Assembly (NCBI GenBank): GCA_963664435.2
Contig: CAXXKM010000002.1
Coordinates: 1,053,852-1,117,851, forward strand
Length of the DNA stretch: 64,000 nt
DNA from: Longimicrobiales bacterium
GTDB lineage: Bacteria > Gemmatimonadota > Gemmatimonadetes > Longimicrobiales > Gaopeijiaceae
Direction: 5' to 3'
Shown here piece by piece: positions 9,764 to 19,899 of this stretch; positions within the stretch are counted from its first letter, which is position 1; every line of letters begins with the position of its first letter. A program made the translations under genes and the position numbers. The notes beneath the pieces were generated by a model. The model had not been told where the DNA came from. It did not search any database and worked only from the letters and a program-made list of their open reading frames with translations.

Positions 9764-11211
9764 TGGCCGATTCGCCCACCGCCGTTCTCCCCACTCTGGG
9801 GCGCGACGGCTTCTCCGAACCCTCGGCCACCCCCTCCCTCCGCTGGGTCGCGGAAGGGGTGTCGGCGGATTCGGGGGCGGCGCCGGGGCTCCCGCACATC
9901 ATCGCGTGGAACCTCACCCGGCGCTGCAATCTGGAGTGCGCGCACTGCTACATCTCCGCGGGATCCTGGCACCTGGCCGACACCGAGCTCTCCACCGCGG
10001 AGTGCCATCGCGTGCTCGATCAGGTTCTGGAGGTCAACCCGAACCCGGTGCTCATCCTCTCGGGTGGGGAACCGCTTCTGCGCGACGACCTGGAGGAGAT
10101 CGCCGCCAGGGCGAGCGCCGGCGGGGCCACGGTGGTGGTGGGCACCAACGGCACCCGCCTCAGCGACGCGCGCATCGAGTCGCTCATGGAAGCGGGGGTG
10201 AAGGGGGTCGCGGTGAGCGTGGACTCGCTGGTCGACAGCTACCACGACCGCTTCCGCCACGGGTCGGGGGCGCTCTCCGACACCCTGGACGCGGTGGACC
10301 GGCTGGCCGCGCACCGCCTGGACTTCATCGTCCAGACCAGCGTCACCCGGGGCAACCGGGGGGAAGTGGCGGATATCGCGGCCTGGGCGGAGAGCCGGGG
10401 CGCGGTTTCGTTCAACCTGTACTTTCTGGTGCCCACCGGGCGCGGGGAGCGCATGCAGGGCCTCGCCCCGGAAGAGAACGAGGCCGTGCTTGCCGAACTC
10501 GTGGAGCTCGAGCGCGAGTACCGGGGCCGAATGATGGTTCGCTCCAAGTGCCAGCCGCAGATCATGCGCCACGTGATCGAGGGCGGGGAGGAGTCGCCGC
10601 TGCTGAACTACGGCACCCGCTGTCCGTGCGGCGTCCACTACTGCCGCATCACCCCGGAGGGCAAGGTCACCCCCTGTCCCTACACGCCGGTGGTCGCGGG
10701 CGACCTCACCACCACCCCGTTCCGCCAGGTCTGGGAGTCGTCCCCGGTCTTCACCCGGTTGCGCCGGGGCGATCTGGGCGGGCGCTGCGGGCGCTGCGAG
10801 TACCGCGCCGTGTGCGGGGGCTGCCGCGCGCGCGCCCACGCCCTTACCGGCGACCTGCTCGGGCCGGACGACTCCTGCGCGTACGATCCGGCCGGCGACC
10901 GGGAGGTCATCGAACCGCGGCGCCAGGTCGTGTACGGCGACGACACCGTCCCCGGCCTCCCCTGGACCGAAGAGGCGCGCGCGCGCCTCTCAGTCGTGCC
11001 CAGCTTCGTGCGCGGAGTGGTGTCGAATCGCGTCGAGTCGTTCGCGCGCAAGCGAGGGTACACGATGGTGACCGCCAGGGTCATGGCGGAGGTGCGCCGC
11101 GGCATGCCGGTTGATTTCTCCAGGCGACTCCCTTTCTTCCTACGCAACCAGATGTCCGCGGCCGCATCGCGCGACGGAATTCCGGAGGAGGACGATGCTC
11201 CCCGGAGTTGA
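9763..11211 (+). CDS. radical SAM/SPASM protein, AhbC/AhbD/NirJ-like, with C-terminal PCP_red domain
   Basis: WNLTRRCNLECAHCY, SGGEPL, CGRCEYRAVCGGCRARA...C SPASM. Confidence 0.85.
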   Translation: MADSPTAVLPTLGRDGFSEPSATPSLRWVAEGVSADSGAAPGLPHIIAWNLTRRCNLECAHCYISAGSWHLADTELSTAECHRVLDQVLEVNPNPVLILSGGEPLLRDDLEEIAARASAGGATVVVGTNGTRLSDARIESLMEAGVKGVAVSVDSLVDSYHDRFRHGSGALSDTLDAVDRLAAHRLDFIVQTSVTRGNRGEVADIAAWAESRGAVSFNLYFLVPTGRGERMQGLAPEENEAVLAELVELEREYRGRMMVRSKCQPQIMRHVIEGGEESPLLNYGTRCPCGVHYCRITPEGKVTPCPYTPVVAGDLTTTPFRQVWESSPVFTRLRRGDLGGRCGRCEYRAVCGGCRARAHALTGDLLGPDDSCAYDPAGDREVIEPRRQVVYGDDTVPGLPWTEEARARLSVVPSFVRGVVSNRVESFARKRGYTMVTARVMAEVRRGMPVDFSRRLPFFLRNQMSAAASRDGIPEEDDAPRS

Positions 11212-13087
11212 CCAGACCTCGGAGGGAAATGTGCCCAGCAGTCCGTGGATGAATCCGCCCGTGCATCGAGAGCGAGGAGGCGCCGCCAGACCCGGCCTGA
11301 CCTGGTGCGCGCGCGTCGGTCCACTTCTCCTGGTTGCGGCGCTCGCCCTTTTGGTGATGGCCGAGCCCGCATTCGCCCAGGTTCCCGCCGGCCGCGACTA
11401 CGGCGACTTCCCGATCATCGGCGGGCGGGCGGCGGTGTGGATCGCGGCCCAGGTGCACCTGCTCTTCGCCGCGTTCGTGCTGGGCGTGCCCATGTTCGCG
11501 GTGGTCACCGAGGCCATCGGCATGTTCGGCGGCGACGACCGCTACGACAAGCTGTCCAAGGAGTTCACCCGGCTCCTTCTGGTCGCATACTCCGCGACCG
11601 CCATCTGGGGCGGCATCCTGCTCTTCCTGCTGATCACCATCTACCCCACGCTCTTCAGCTATCTCGCGCAGATCTTCAACCTGTCGATGTGGATCTACGT
11701 GGGGCTCTTCTTCTTCGAGTCCTTCACGCTGTACCTGTACTACTACGGCTGGGACCGCTGGAAGAAGGGGCGCGCCAAGTGGTTCCACTGGGGCCTGGGC
11801 ATCGCCCTGAACGTGTGGGGCACGATCGTCATGTTCATCGCCAACGGCTGGCTGACCTACATGATGAGCCCGCCGGCCGAGGTCACGGTCGACACGGCCC
11901 CCCAGATGGTGAATCTGTGGATGGCGCTCACCAACGCGACCTGGATGCCCATCAACATCCACCGGCTGATCGCCAACGTCGTGTTCGGGGGGGCGGTGGT
12001 CGGCGCCTACGCCGCCTACCGCTTCCTGGCGGCAAAGAGCGACGAGGAGCGGGCCCACTACGACTGGATGGGCTACGTGGGCAACATGATCGCCATCGGC
12101 GCGCTCATCATCCTGCCCTTCGCGGGCTACTGGCTGGGCCGGGAGATCTACGAGTTCAACCAGCAGATGGGCATCACCATGATGGGCGGGTTCATGAGCT
12201 GGCTGTGGATCATCCAGGCCTTCCTGATCGGGGTGCTGTTCCTGGCGGGCAACTATTACCTGTGGGTGGGGATGGGCCGGATACCCGGGGCGGAGCGCTT
12301 CATGCCCTACACGAAGTACATGCTGGCGGTGCTCATCGTGGGCGTGATCGTGTGGGCGACGCCCAACACCATGATCGCCAGCCGCGAGGAGTTCGCGGCG
12401 ATGGGCGGCACGCACCATCCCTTCCTGAGCGTCCTCGGGCTGATGAGCGGCAAGAACACTGCGGTCAACTTCATGATCCTGACCACCTTCCTGTCGTTCC
12501 TGCTCTACCGGCGCGCCAACAAGGAACCGGTGGTGCCCTGGGCGCGCACGGGCACGATCGTGCAGGGGGCGATCTTCATCGTGGCCTCCGCGATCGTGCT
12601 GTTCTACGGGATCTACGGCTACATGGTGCCGACCCTCGTGCGCATCGGCTTCTCGGTGTACCAGGTACTTACGGTGCTCGCGTGCATCATCGGCGTGATC
12701 ACCATCGACATGCTGATGTTGCGCGGCGCCACCTCCAGAGGCGAGATCCAGTGGGGCCGCATGCCGGCTCGGTCCCAGTACGCGCTCTTCATCCTGGCGG
12801 TGACGTTTACCTGGCTGATGGGCCTCATGGGCTTCGCCCGCAGCGGCATCCGCCAGCACTGGCACGTCTTCGAGGTCATTCGCGACACCAGCCCCTGGGC
12901 GGCCACCCCCGCGCTGGGATATTCGTCGGTGGTCATCTCCGCCTGCGTGCTCATCTTCTTCGGGCTGGTGGCCTTCATCTTCTGGCTCGGCTCGCTGGCC
13001 GAGCAACCCGTGATTTCGTCGGTTGGGCAGGCCGCGGCCCCCGGCGGGATGCAGAGCGAACTTCAGCCGGCACCCAGCGAGGGATAG
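11195..13087 (+). CDS. cytochrome bd subunit I (CydA)-like integral membrane protein
   Basis: AQVHLLFAAFVLG, FFFES, ANGWLTYMMSP, NIHRLIAN, MGFARSGIRQHWHV; many TM helices; GGAGGAGG RBS. Confidence 0.8.
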   Translation: MLPGVDQTSEGNVPSSPWMNPPVHRERGGAARPGLTWCARVGPLLLVAALALLVMAEPAFAQVPAGRDYGDFPIIGGRAAVWIAAQVHLLFAAFVLGVPMFAVVTEAIGMFGGDDRYDKLSKEFTRLLLVAYSATAIWGGILLFLLITIYPTLFSYLAQIFNLSMWIYVGLFFFESFTLYLYYYGWDRWKKGRAKWFHWGLGIALNVWGTIVMFIANGWLTYMMSPPAEVTVDTAPQMVNLWMALTNATWMPINIHRLIANVVFGGAVVGAYAAYRFLAAKSDEERAHYDWMGYVGNMIAIGALIILPFAGYWLGREIYEFNQQMGITMMGGFMSWLWIIQAFLIGVLFLAGNYYLWVGMGRIPGAERFMPYTKYMLAVLIVGVIVWATPNTMIASREEFAAMGGTHHPFLSVLGLMSGKNTAVNFMILTTFLSFLLYRRANKEPVVPWARTGTIVQGAIFIVASAIVLFYGIYGYMVPTLVRIGFSVYQVLTVLACIIGVITIDMLMLRGATSRGEIQWGRMPARSQYALFILAVTFTWLMGLMGFARSGIRQHWHVFEVIRDTSPWAATPALGYSSVVISACVLIFFGLVAFIFWLGSLAEQPVISSVGQAAAPGGMQSELQPAPSEG

Positions 13088-13096
13088 GGAAGGCAG

Positions 13097-13897
13097 ATGC
13101 TAAAGACCAACCTGAGTATCCTGGCGGTGGTGATCGGCTGCCTGGGCGTGTTCACCTGGGTCGCCAACGCCATTCCGCAGATTCAGTCGGACGTACCGGA
13201 GGATCTGGTGTTGTCGGACGACGTCAGCCCCGAGGAGCTCATTGCGGCGGGCGAGGAACTGTATAACGGCGGAGGCGGCTGCACGGCCTGCCACGGTCTG
13301 GGCGAGCGCGCCCCGAACCTGCTCACGGACCACGCCGGAACCGGGCTCATCGGCGAGCGCTGCGCGAACCGCGTGGCGGGGCAGGACTGCAAGCAGTACC
13401 TGCATACCTCGCTGGTCGACCCCAACGCCTACCTGGTGGAAGGGTTCGCGCCGATCATGCTGGATGCGAGCCGCACCCTCTCCTCCGTGCAGATCTGGGC
13501 GCTGGTGGCCTACCTGGAGTCCCTGGGAGGGGATGTCACGGTTACGGGAGCGGATTTCGCGGATGGCGGCGACGCGGCGCCCGCCGGCGGCGCGATGGCG
13601 ACTGCGGCCGCCGCTCCGGCGCTGGGTCCGACCGGGGACCTCGACCCCGAAGCGCTTCTGACCCAGTACACCTGCAGCACCTGCCACACGCTCACCGGGC
13701 CCTCGCCGCTCGGGCCGTCCTTCGAGGGCATGGGTGCTCGCCTGACCGCCGATGAAATCCGGACGGCCATCCTCGATCCCACTGCGTCTGCGGCCGAGGA
13801 TTTCGAGGCGATGCTCGGGATTATGCCCCCGATCTTCGGGAACATCCCGGGGGCCCAGCTCGAGGCGATCGTGCAGTTCCTCGCATCGCAGAGATAG
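13097..13897 (+). CDS. membrane-anchored diheme cytochrome c
   Basis: CTACH and CSTCH. Confidence 0.9.
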   Translation: MLKTNLSILAVVIGCLGVFTWVANAIPQIQSDVPEDLVLSDDVSPEELIAAGEELYNGGGGCTACHGLGERAPNLLTDHAGTGLIGERCANRVAGQDCKQYLHTSLVDPNAYLVEGFAPIMLDASRTLSSVQIWALVAYLESLGGDVTVTGADFADGGDAAPAGGAMATAAAAPALGPTGDLDPEALLTQYTCSTCHTLTGPSPLGPSFEGMGARLTADEIRTAILDPTASAAEDFEAMLGIMPPIFGNIPGAQLEAIVQFLASQR

Positions 13898-13925
13898 GAG
13901 ACGCGCCGGTGAGGGAGGAGAATCG

Positions 13926-14729
13926 ATGAACACCAAGCCCTGGAAGCATCCGCTGGGCCAGGCGGCCATCGTCGTGTTTCTGGCGTACCTCGTGTTCGAA
14001 TGGGGGATCTGGCTCCTGCCGCCCCTCTTCGGGGTCGCCAGCGCCCCGGTCCCCGCCACCGTGGTTCTGCAATACATGGGAACCGTCGTGGTGGGCGTGC
14101 TGATCTGGGTCAGCGACTCGGAGGAGCGCTGGAAACAGTTCAAGGCGCCGATCCACCGGGTCATGGTGGATCCGCGCCAGAAGGTCCTGCGCACGGCGCT
14201 CATGGTCACCATTCCCCTGCTGGTCGCCTTCATGACCTTCGACCGGGTGCGCCCCACGGTCTCGGCGCCGGCGGCGCTGCGTTCGGTACACCCGGCGCCT
14301 CCCGGACAGATCGACTTCCGGGGGGAGACCATGGTCCTCAACGGGCTCGAGAACCCGCTCCGGCACGAGGGCGACTTCAACGAGCACTACGAGGAAGGCA
14401 AGAGGGTCTACGTCCAGAACTGCATGCCCTGTCACGGCGACGCGCTGGACGGGCAGGGCCACTTTGCGAGCGCCTTCAACCCCGCGCCCCTCAGTTTCCA
14501 GGATCCCGGGACCATCGTACAGCTGACGGAGAGCTTCGTCTTCTGGCGCATCGCCAAGGGCGGTCCCGGGCTCCCGCGCGAAGCGACGCCGTGGGACTCC
14601 GCGATGCCCGCATGGGAGGATTCGCTGACGGCCGAGGAAATCTGGCAGGTGATCATCTACCTCTACGAACAGACCGGCTGGGAGCCGCGCACCTGGGAGG
14701 AAGAGGGCGCCGAAGGGGAGGAGCACTGA
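13926..14729 (+). CDS. membrane-bound monoheme cytochrome c
   Basis: N-terminal TM helices, CMPCH, SAMPAW; GGAGGAG RBS. Confidence 0.88.
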   Translation: MNTKPWKHPLGQAAIVVFLAYLVFEWGIWLLPPLFGVASAPVPATVVLQYMGTVVVGVLIWVSDSEERWKQFKAPIHRVMVDPRQKVLRTALMVTIPLLVAFMTFDRVRPTVSAPAALRSVHPAPPGQIDFRGETMVLNGLENPLRHEGDFNEHYEEGKRVYVQNCMPCHGDALDGQGHFASAFNPAPLSFQDPGTIVQLTESFVFWRIAKGGPGLPREATPWDSAMPAWEDSLTAEEIWQVIIYLYEQTGWEPRTWEEEGAEGEEH

Positions 14730-16333
14730 TGCGGGCGCGAGCGAGCAGTCCACGGGCTGCCATGATACCCGGTTTCGTATTCGCAGCGGCAATGGCGTGC
14801 GCCGGCTCGGCGCCCCTGACCGCCCAGGAAGAGAACGCGCTCGGGCGCGACGTCTACGACCGCTGGTGCGCGTCCTGCCACGGATACGAAGGTCTCGGCG
14901 ACGGCTACGCGGCGGAGTACATGCTCCCGCGGCCGCGCGACTTCACCCAGGCGCTCTACCAGATCCGCACCACCCCGAGCGGGCAGCTGCCGACCGACGA
15001 CGACATCATGCGGGTCATCAACGAGGGCATGCCGGGCACGACCATGCCCGGATGGGAGGAAGAGCTCAGCCTCGAAGAGCGGCTGGCGCTCGTCGACTAC
15101 CTGAAGAGTTTGTCCCGGTTCTTCGCCACTGGCGAGGCCCCCGAGCCCATGACCTTCAGCAGCCCGACCCGGGCGACCGAGGAAGCCCTGGCCGACGGAC
15201 GGGAGGTCTACGAGCTCATCGAGTGCAATCGCTGCCACGGCGCCGACGGCCGGGGCGACGGCACCTCCTCCCCGACGCTGGTGGACGACACCGGCATGCC
15301 CATCTACTCGGTGGACCTGACCGAGAACTGGTACTTCAACGGCGGCGGCACGGTGGAGGACATCTACCGGCGGCTGCGCACCGGCCTGGACGGAACGCCG
15401 ATGCCGTCGTTCACCGACCTCATCGACGCGGGCGTCATCACCGACGAACAGCTGTGGAACCTCTCCCACTACGTGCGCAGCTTCGCTCCCGAGGACCCGC
15501 CGGGCATCACCGAGGTGATCCGGGCCGGCCTGGTGGAGGATGCGCCCCTGCCGCAGGGCGTCGACGACCCGATGTGGGAGTCGGCGGAGGCGTTCTACAT
15601 TCCGATGGGCGGGCAGATCATCCAGAGCCCGCGCTGGTTCGTCCCGCAGGTGGCCGGGCTGTGGGTGCGCGCGCTGCACGACGGCGGCGAGCTCGCGGTG
15701 CACGTCTCCTGGAGCGACCACTCCGAGAGTCCCGATACCGCGTGGGCCGACTTCCAGGCCCGGGTCCTGTCGGCGGTGGGACCCGACGAGGGCGACATGG
15801 AACCGGGTCCGCGACCCGACGGCCTGTACGTCCAGTTCCCCATGGAAATCCCCGAGGGAATGGACAAGCCCTACTTCCTCCTGGGAGATCCCCTGGAGCC
15901 CGTGTACCTGTGGCACTGGGAGAGCACGGCCGGCGCAGCGCACGAGGCGGACGCCCGCGGACTGGGCACCACGGCCCCTCAGGGCGACGCGAGCCAGTCG
16001 CTTGCGTCGGAGGCGGCGTTTTCGGCGGGGCGCTGGGCTGTTATGTTCCGCCGCGCTCTCGAGACAGAGGATCCGGGGGACCTGCAGTTCCGCGTCGGCG
16101 AGCCGGTGCCGGTTGGCTTTGCCGCCTGGGACGGTGACAACGGAGAATCGGGGTCCCGGGGCTCGATCAGCTCATGGCATTACATTTTCCTGCAGGAACC
16201 GACGCCAGCCACCGTGGTGGTCGCGCCGCTCATCGCGACGCTGCTCACCGCCGGGCTGGGCGTCCTGGTTGTGGCCCGGGCCCAGAGGCGCGTGCGGGAA
16301 GGCGCCGAAGGCGCGGATGAAGGAAACGCGTAG
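14729..16333 (+). CDS. diheme cytochrome c fused to an ethylbenzene dehydrogenase gamma (EB_dh/DOMON)-like domain, C-terminal TM
   Basis: CASCH, CNRCH, PRPRDFT, GTPMPSF; VRALHDG..L...SWSD, GRWAVMFRRAL, FAAWDG. Confidence 0.8.
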   Translation: MRARASSPRAAMIPGFVFAAAMACAGSAPLTAQEENALGRDVYDRWCASCHGYEGLGDGYAAEYMLPRPRDFTQALYQIRTTPSGQLPTDDDIMRVINEGMPGTTMPGWEEELSLEERLALVDYLKSLSRFFATGEAPEPMTFSSPTRATEEALADGREVYELIECNRCHGADGRGDGTSSPTLVDDTGMPIYSVDLTENWYFNGGGTVEDIYRRLRTGLDGTPMPSFTDLIDAGVITDEQLWNLSHYVRSFAPEDPPGITEVIRAGLVEDAPLPQGVDDPMWESAEAFYIPMGGQIIQSPRWFVPQVAGLWVRALHDGGELAVHVSWSDHSESPDTAWADFQARVLSAVGPDEGDMEPGPRPDGLYVQFPMEIPEGMDKPYFLLGDPLEPVYLWHWESTAGAAHEADARGLGTTAPQGDASQSLASEAAFSAGRWAVMFRRALETEDPGDLQFRVGEPVPVGFAAWDGDNGESGSRGSISSWHYIFLQEPTPATVVVAPLIATLLTAGLGVLVVARAQRRVREGAEGADEGNA

Positions 16334-16367
16334 ACATCGAAGTTCAAATAGCACCACGGAGGAAGGA

Positions 16368-17246
16368 ATGAGAGACCTGTTCGGAGGCGGCCGGGCCACG
16401 GTGATGGCGACGGCGGCGATGTTCGCGATCGCGTGCGGTGGCGGCGGTGGAAGCGAGGCCGGCGGCGGCATGGAGGAAGAGGCCGCTGGCGAGGAGATGG
16501 CCTCTCCCGTCGACATGGCCACCGCGGGCGGCATCAACGCGATGGTGATGTTCGAGGGCATGGCGCCCGAAATGGATGTGATCGACATGGCGTCCGAGCC
16601 CGATTGCGCGGCCCGGTACACCGACACCCCGATGTCCGAGGAAGTCGTGGTGGGTGACGGTGGCGGACTCGCCAACGTCTTCGTCTACGTGAGGGAAGGC
16701 GTCGACGCGGGCATGAACTTCCCCACGCCCGGCGGCGCGGTGGTGATGGACCAGATCGGCTGCCGCTACGTCCCCCGGGTCGTGGGCGTGCAGTCGGGGC
16801 AGGACCTCACCTTCCGCAACTCGGACGGCCTGCCGCACAACATCAACGCCTCCCCCAGCACCAACCGCGGCTTCAACGTCAGCCAGCCGGTGAACATGGA
16901 CACCAACCGCAGCTTCCCCATGGCCGAGGTGATGGTCCCGGTGCGCTGCGACGTGCACGGCTGGATGAGCGCCTACGTGGGCGTGCTGGATCACCCCTTC
17001 CACGGGGTCACGGACATGGCGGGAGGCGCCGACCTGGGCATGCTCCCGCCCGGTGAGTACGTGGTCGAGGCCTGGCACGAGCGCTATGGAACGCAGACCG
17101 CCAGCGTCACCGTCACCACCGCCGAGACGGCGATGGTGAGCTTCTCCTTCTCGGAGGCGATGGCGGCCAACGCCGTGGTGCCGATGGGCGAGCCGATCGA
17201 TCCCCACGGTCCCGGAGCCCACGCTCTCGCTCCCGAGACCCATTAG
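16368..17246 (+). CDS. lipoprotein with cupredoxin-like / carboxypeptidase-regulatory-like domains
   Basis: lipobox AIAC; DQIGCRYVPRV, NSDGLPHNI, CDVHGWM, AWHE. Confidence 0.75.
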   Translation: MRDLFGGGRATVMATAAMFAIACGGGGGSEAGGGMEEEAAGEEMASPVDMATAGGINAMVMFEGMAPEMDVIDMASEPDCAARYTDTPMSEEVVVGDGGGLANVFVYVREGVDAGMNFPTPGGAVVMDQIGCRYVPRVVGVQSGQDLTFRNSDGLPHNINASPSTNRGFNVSQPVNMDTNRSFPMAEVMVPVRCDVHGWMSAYVGVLDHPFHGVTDMAGGADLGMLPPGEYVVEAWHERYGTQTASVTVTTAETAMVSFSFSEAMAANAVVPMGEPIDPHGPGAHALAPETH

Positions 17247-17360
17247 ACACGAGCCGCCGAGGACGGGCGGGCGTCTCCCCGCGGGGGCGCCGGCCCGGCA
17301 CGCGACCGGGTACACAGCCCGGCCGGCATCACTACCGGCAGCGAGCAGGAGAACACCGAC

Positions 17361-18062
17361 ATGAGCTGGATGCTCCCCGAAAGCTTTTCCACCTTTGGGC
17401 CGGACGTCGACTTTCTGTACTACGCGATCCTCGTGGTAACGGGAGTGGTCTTCGTGATCACCGAGGCGCTCCTGGTCTATTTCGTCATCCGCTACCGGCG
17501 CCGAGACGGACAGAAGGCCACCTACATCCACGGGTCGACGAAGGCGGAGATCATCTGGACTACCGTCCCCTTCATCGCCGTGCTGGGGCTGGCGTTCATC
17601 AGCATTCCTTCGTGGAACATGATGAAGAACCCGGACAGCGTGCCCGCCGACGCCCTCGACTACATCGTCAACGCGAAGCAGTTCGAATGGGAGATCACCT
17701 ACGCCGGCGCGGACGGGGTCACCGGCACCGCCGACGACATCTCGACGATCAACATCATGCACGTCCCGGTGAACCAGGCCGTCAACATCACCCTCCGGTC
17801 CGAGGACGTGCTTCACTCCTTCTTCCTGCCCGAGATGCGGGTGAAGCAGGACGCCGTGCCCGGGATGGACATCACCGTCTGGTTCGAGGCGACGGCCGCG
17901 GGCGCGTATCCCATCGGTTGCGCCGAACTCTGCGGCAATCTGCATACGACCATGGGCGGGACCCTCAACGTATACGAGGCGGCCGACTTCGAAGCGTGGG
18001 TCGCGTCCCAGAGCGCGGACGCCGACGACGCCGACGACGCTGACGATCAGGAGGACCAGTAG
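17361..18062 (+). CDS. coxB: cytochrome c oxidase subunit II (CuA)
   Basis: QFEW, DVLHSF, CAELCGNLHTTM. Confidence 0.95.
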   Translation: MSWMLPESFSTFGPDVDFLYYAILVVTGVVFVITEALLVYFVIRYRRRDGQKATYIHGSTKAEIIWTTVPFIAVLGLAFISIPSWNMMKNPDSVPADALDYIVNAKQFEWEITYAGADGVTGTADDISTINIMHVPVNQAVNITLRSEDVLHSFFLPEMRVKQDAVPGMDITVWFEATAAGAYPIGCAELCGNLHTTMGGTLNVYEAADFEAWVASQSADADDADDADDQEDQ

Positions 18063-19823
18063 ATGGACGCGCACGCGCACGCCCACGAGATGCCGTGGAT
18101 TCGGCGCTACATCTTCTCGACCGACCACAAGACCATCGCCATCCAGTTCCTCCTGATGAGCCTGTTCTTCCTGGTCGTGGGGGGATTGCTGGCGATGATG
18201 ATCCGGTGGCAGCTGGGCTTCCCGAGCGAGCCCATGCCCGGAGGCATGCTCCTGCCCGACGAGATGATGGCGCCCACGCCCGACGGGGCCATCATGCTGC
18301 CCGAGTTCTACAACTCGCTGGTCACCATGCACGGCACCATCATGATCTTCTTCGCGATCATGCCGCTGCTGGTGGGGGTCTTCGGCAACCTGCTGATCCC
18401 GCTTCAGATCGGTGCCGACGACATGGCCTTCCCGCGCCTCAACATGGCGTCATTCTGGATGGCGTTCCCGGCGGGGCTGCTGATGCTCGCGAGCTTCGCG
18501 GTCGAAGGGGGCGCGGCCGGCGCGGGCTGGACGTCCTACGCCCCGCTCAGCGCGAGCGGTGAGTACACCGGCGTCTACCTGGGGCAGCAGCTCTGGCTGA
18601 TCAGCCTCACCATCCTGGGCTTCGCGTCGCTGGCGGGCGCGGTCAACTACATCACGACCATCATCAACATGCGCGCGCCGGGGATGACCTGGTTCCGGTT
18701 GCCGCTGGCCACCTGGGCGCTCTTCATCACCGCGATCCTGATCCTGCTGGCGATTCCGATCCTGGCGGGCGCGCTGATCATGCTGCTCTTCGACCAGACC
18801 ATCGGGACCGGGTTCTTTCTGCCGGCCAGCGACGGCGAGCCGCTCCTCTGGCAGCACCTGTTCTGGTTCTTCGGACACCCGGAGGTCTACATCCTCATCC
18901 TGCCCGCCATGGGCATCACCTCCGACGTCCTGGCCAACGGCGCGCGCAAGCCCGTCTTCGGCTACCACGCCATGGTGCTGGCGATCGTCTCCATCGCCTT
19001 CCTGTCCTGGATCGTGTGGGGGCACCACATGTTCCAGAGCGGGATGAACCCGATGCTCGGCACCACCTTCATGATCACGACCATGGTCATTGCGGTGCCG
19101 TCGGCCATCAAGGTGTTCAACTGGCTGGGGACCATCTACAAGGGGAATATTCACCTGCACACCCCCATGCTGCACGCCCTGGGCTTCGTGTCGATGTTCA
19201 TCATCGGCGGGCTCTCCGGCGTGTTCATGGCCTCGACCCCGGTCGACGTCTACATCCACGACACCTACTTCATCGTGGCGCACATCCACTACGTGCTCTT
19301 CGGCGGCAGCCTGTTCGCGATCTTCGCCGGCGTCACGTTCTGGTACCCGAAGATGTTCGGCCGCCTCATGAACGAGAAGTGGGGCAGGATTCACTTCGTG
19401 CTCACCCTGATCCTGTACAACCTCGTGTTCTGGCCCATGCACTCGATCGGGATCCAGGGACACATGCGGCGCATCTACGATCCCACGCAGTACGAGTTCC
19501 TGCAGCCCCTGCAGCCCATCAACCAGTTCATCACGGTGGCCGTCTTCGCACTGGTGGCGGTTCAGGCGATCTACGCCCTCAACTTCATCATCAGCATCTG
19601 GAAGGGGAAAAAGGCCGGCAACAACCCGTGGAAGGCCAACTCCCTGGAGTGGACGGTGCCGTCGCCGCCGCCGCACGGAAACTTCGAAATGGTGCCCATC
19701 GTGTACCGCGGGCCCTACGAGTACTCCGCGCCGGATGTGGAAGAGGACTACTGGTTGCAGGATGCGCCCCCGCCCAGCGAGACGGTCGCGCCTGTTCCCG
19801 AACCCCAGCCCGTGGCGGACTAA
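18063..19823 (+). CDS. coxA: cytochrome c oxidase subunit I, A1 type
   Basis: TMHGT, WFFGHPEVY, WGHHM, AHIHY. Confidence 0.97.
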   Translation: MDAHAHAHEMPWIRRYIFSTDHKTIAIQFLLMSLFFLVVGGLLAMMIRWQLGFPSEPMPGGMLLPDEMMAPTPDGAIMLPEFYNSLVTMHGTIMIFFAIMPLLVGVFGNLLIPLQIGADDMAFPRLNMASFWMAFPAGLLMLASFAVEGGAAGAGWTSYAPLSASGEYTGVYLGQQLWLISLTILGFASLAGAVNYITTIINMRAPGMTWFRLPLATWALFITAILILLAIPILAGALIMLLFDQTIGTGFFLPASDGEPLLWQHLFWFFGHPEVYILILPAMGITSDVLANGARKPVFGYHAMVLAIVSIAFLSWIVWGHHMFQSGMNPMLGTTFMITTMVIAVPSAIKVFNWLGTIYKGNIHLHTPMLHALGFVSMFIIGGLSGVFMASTPVDVYIHDTYFIVAHIHYVLFGGSLFAIFAGVTFWYPKMFGRLMNEKWGRIHFVLTLILYNLVFWPMHSIGIQGHMRRIYDPTQYEFLQPLQPINQFITVAVFALVAVQAIYALNFIISIWKGKKAGNNPWKANSLEWTVPSPPPHGNFEMVPIVYRGPYEYSAPDVEEDYWLQDAPPPSETVAPVPEPQPVAD

Positions 19824-19899
19824 CCCGATGCCCGTCTTCGTTTCGTCGGCGGAGCCGCATTCTCTCCAGTGACCTGGAACTTCAGGAGATAGCTGACGC

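Noticed and set aside
6402..11211. Photosynthesis or chlorophyll synthesis implied by PCP_red domains
   Set aside because: No bchL/N/B catalytic domains or puf/bch genes in the window.
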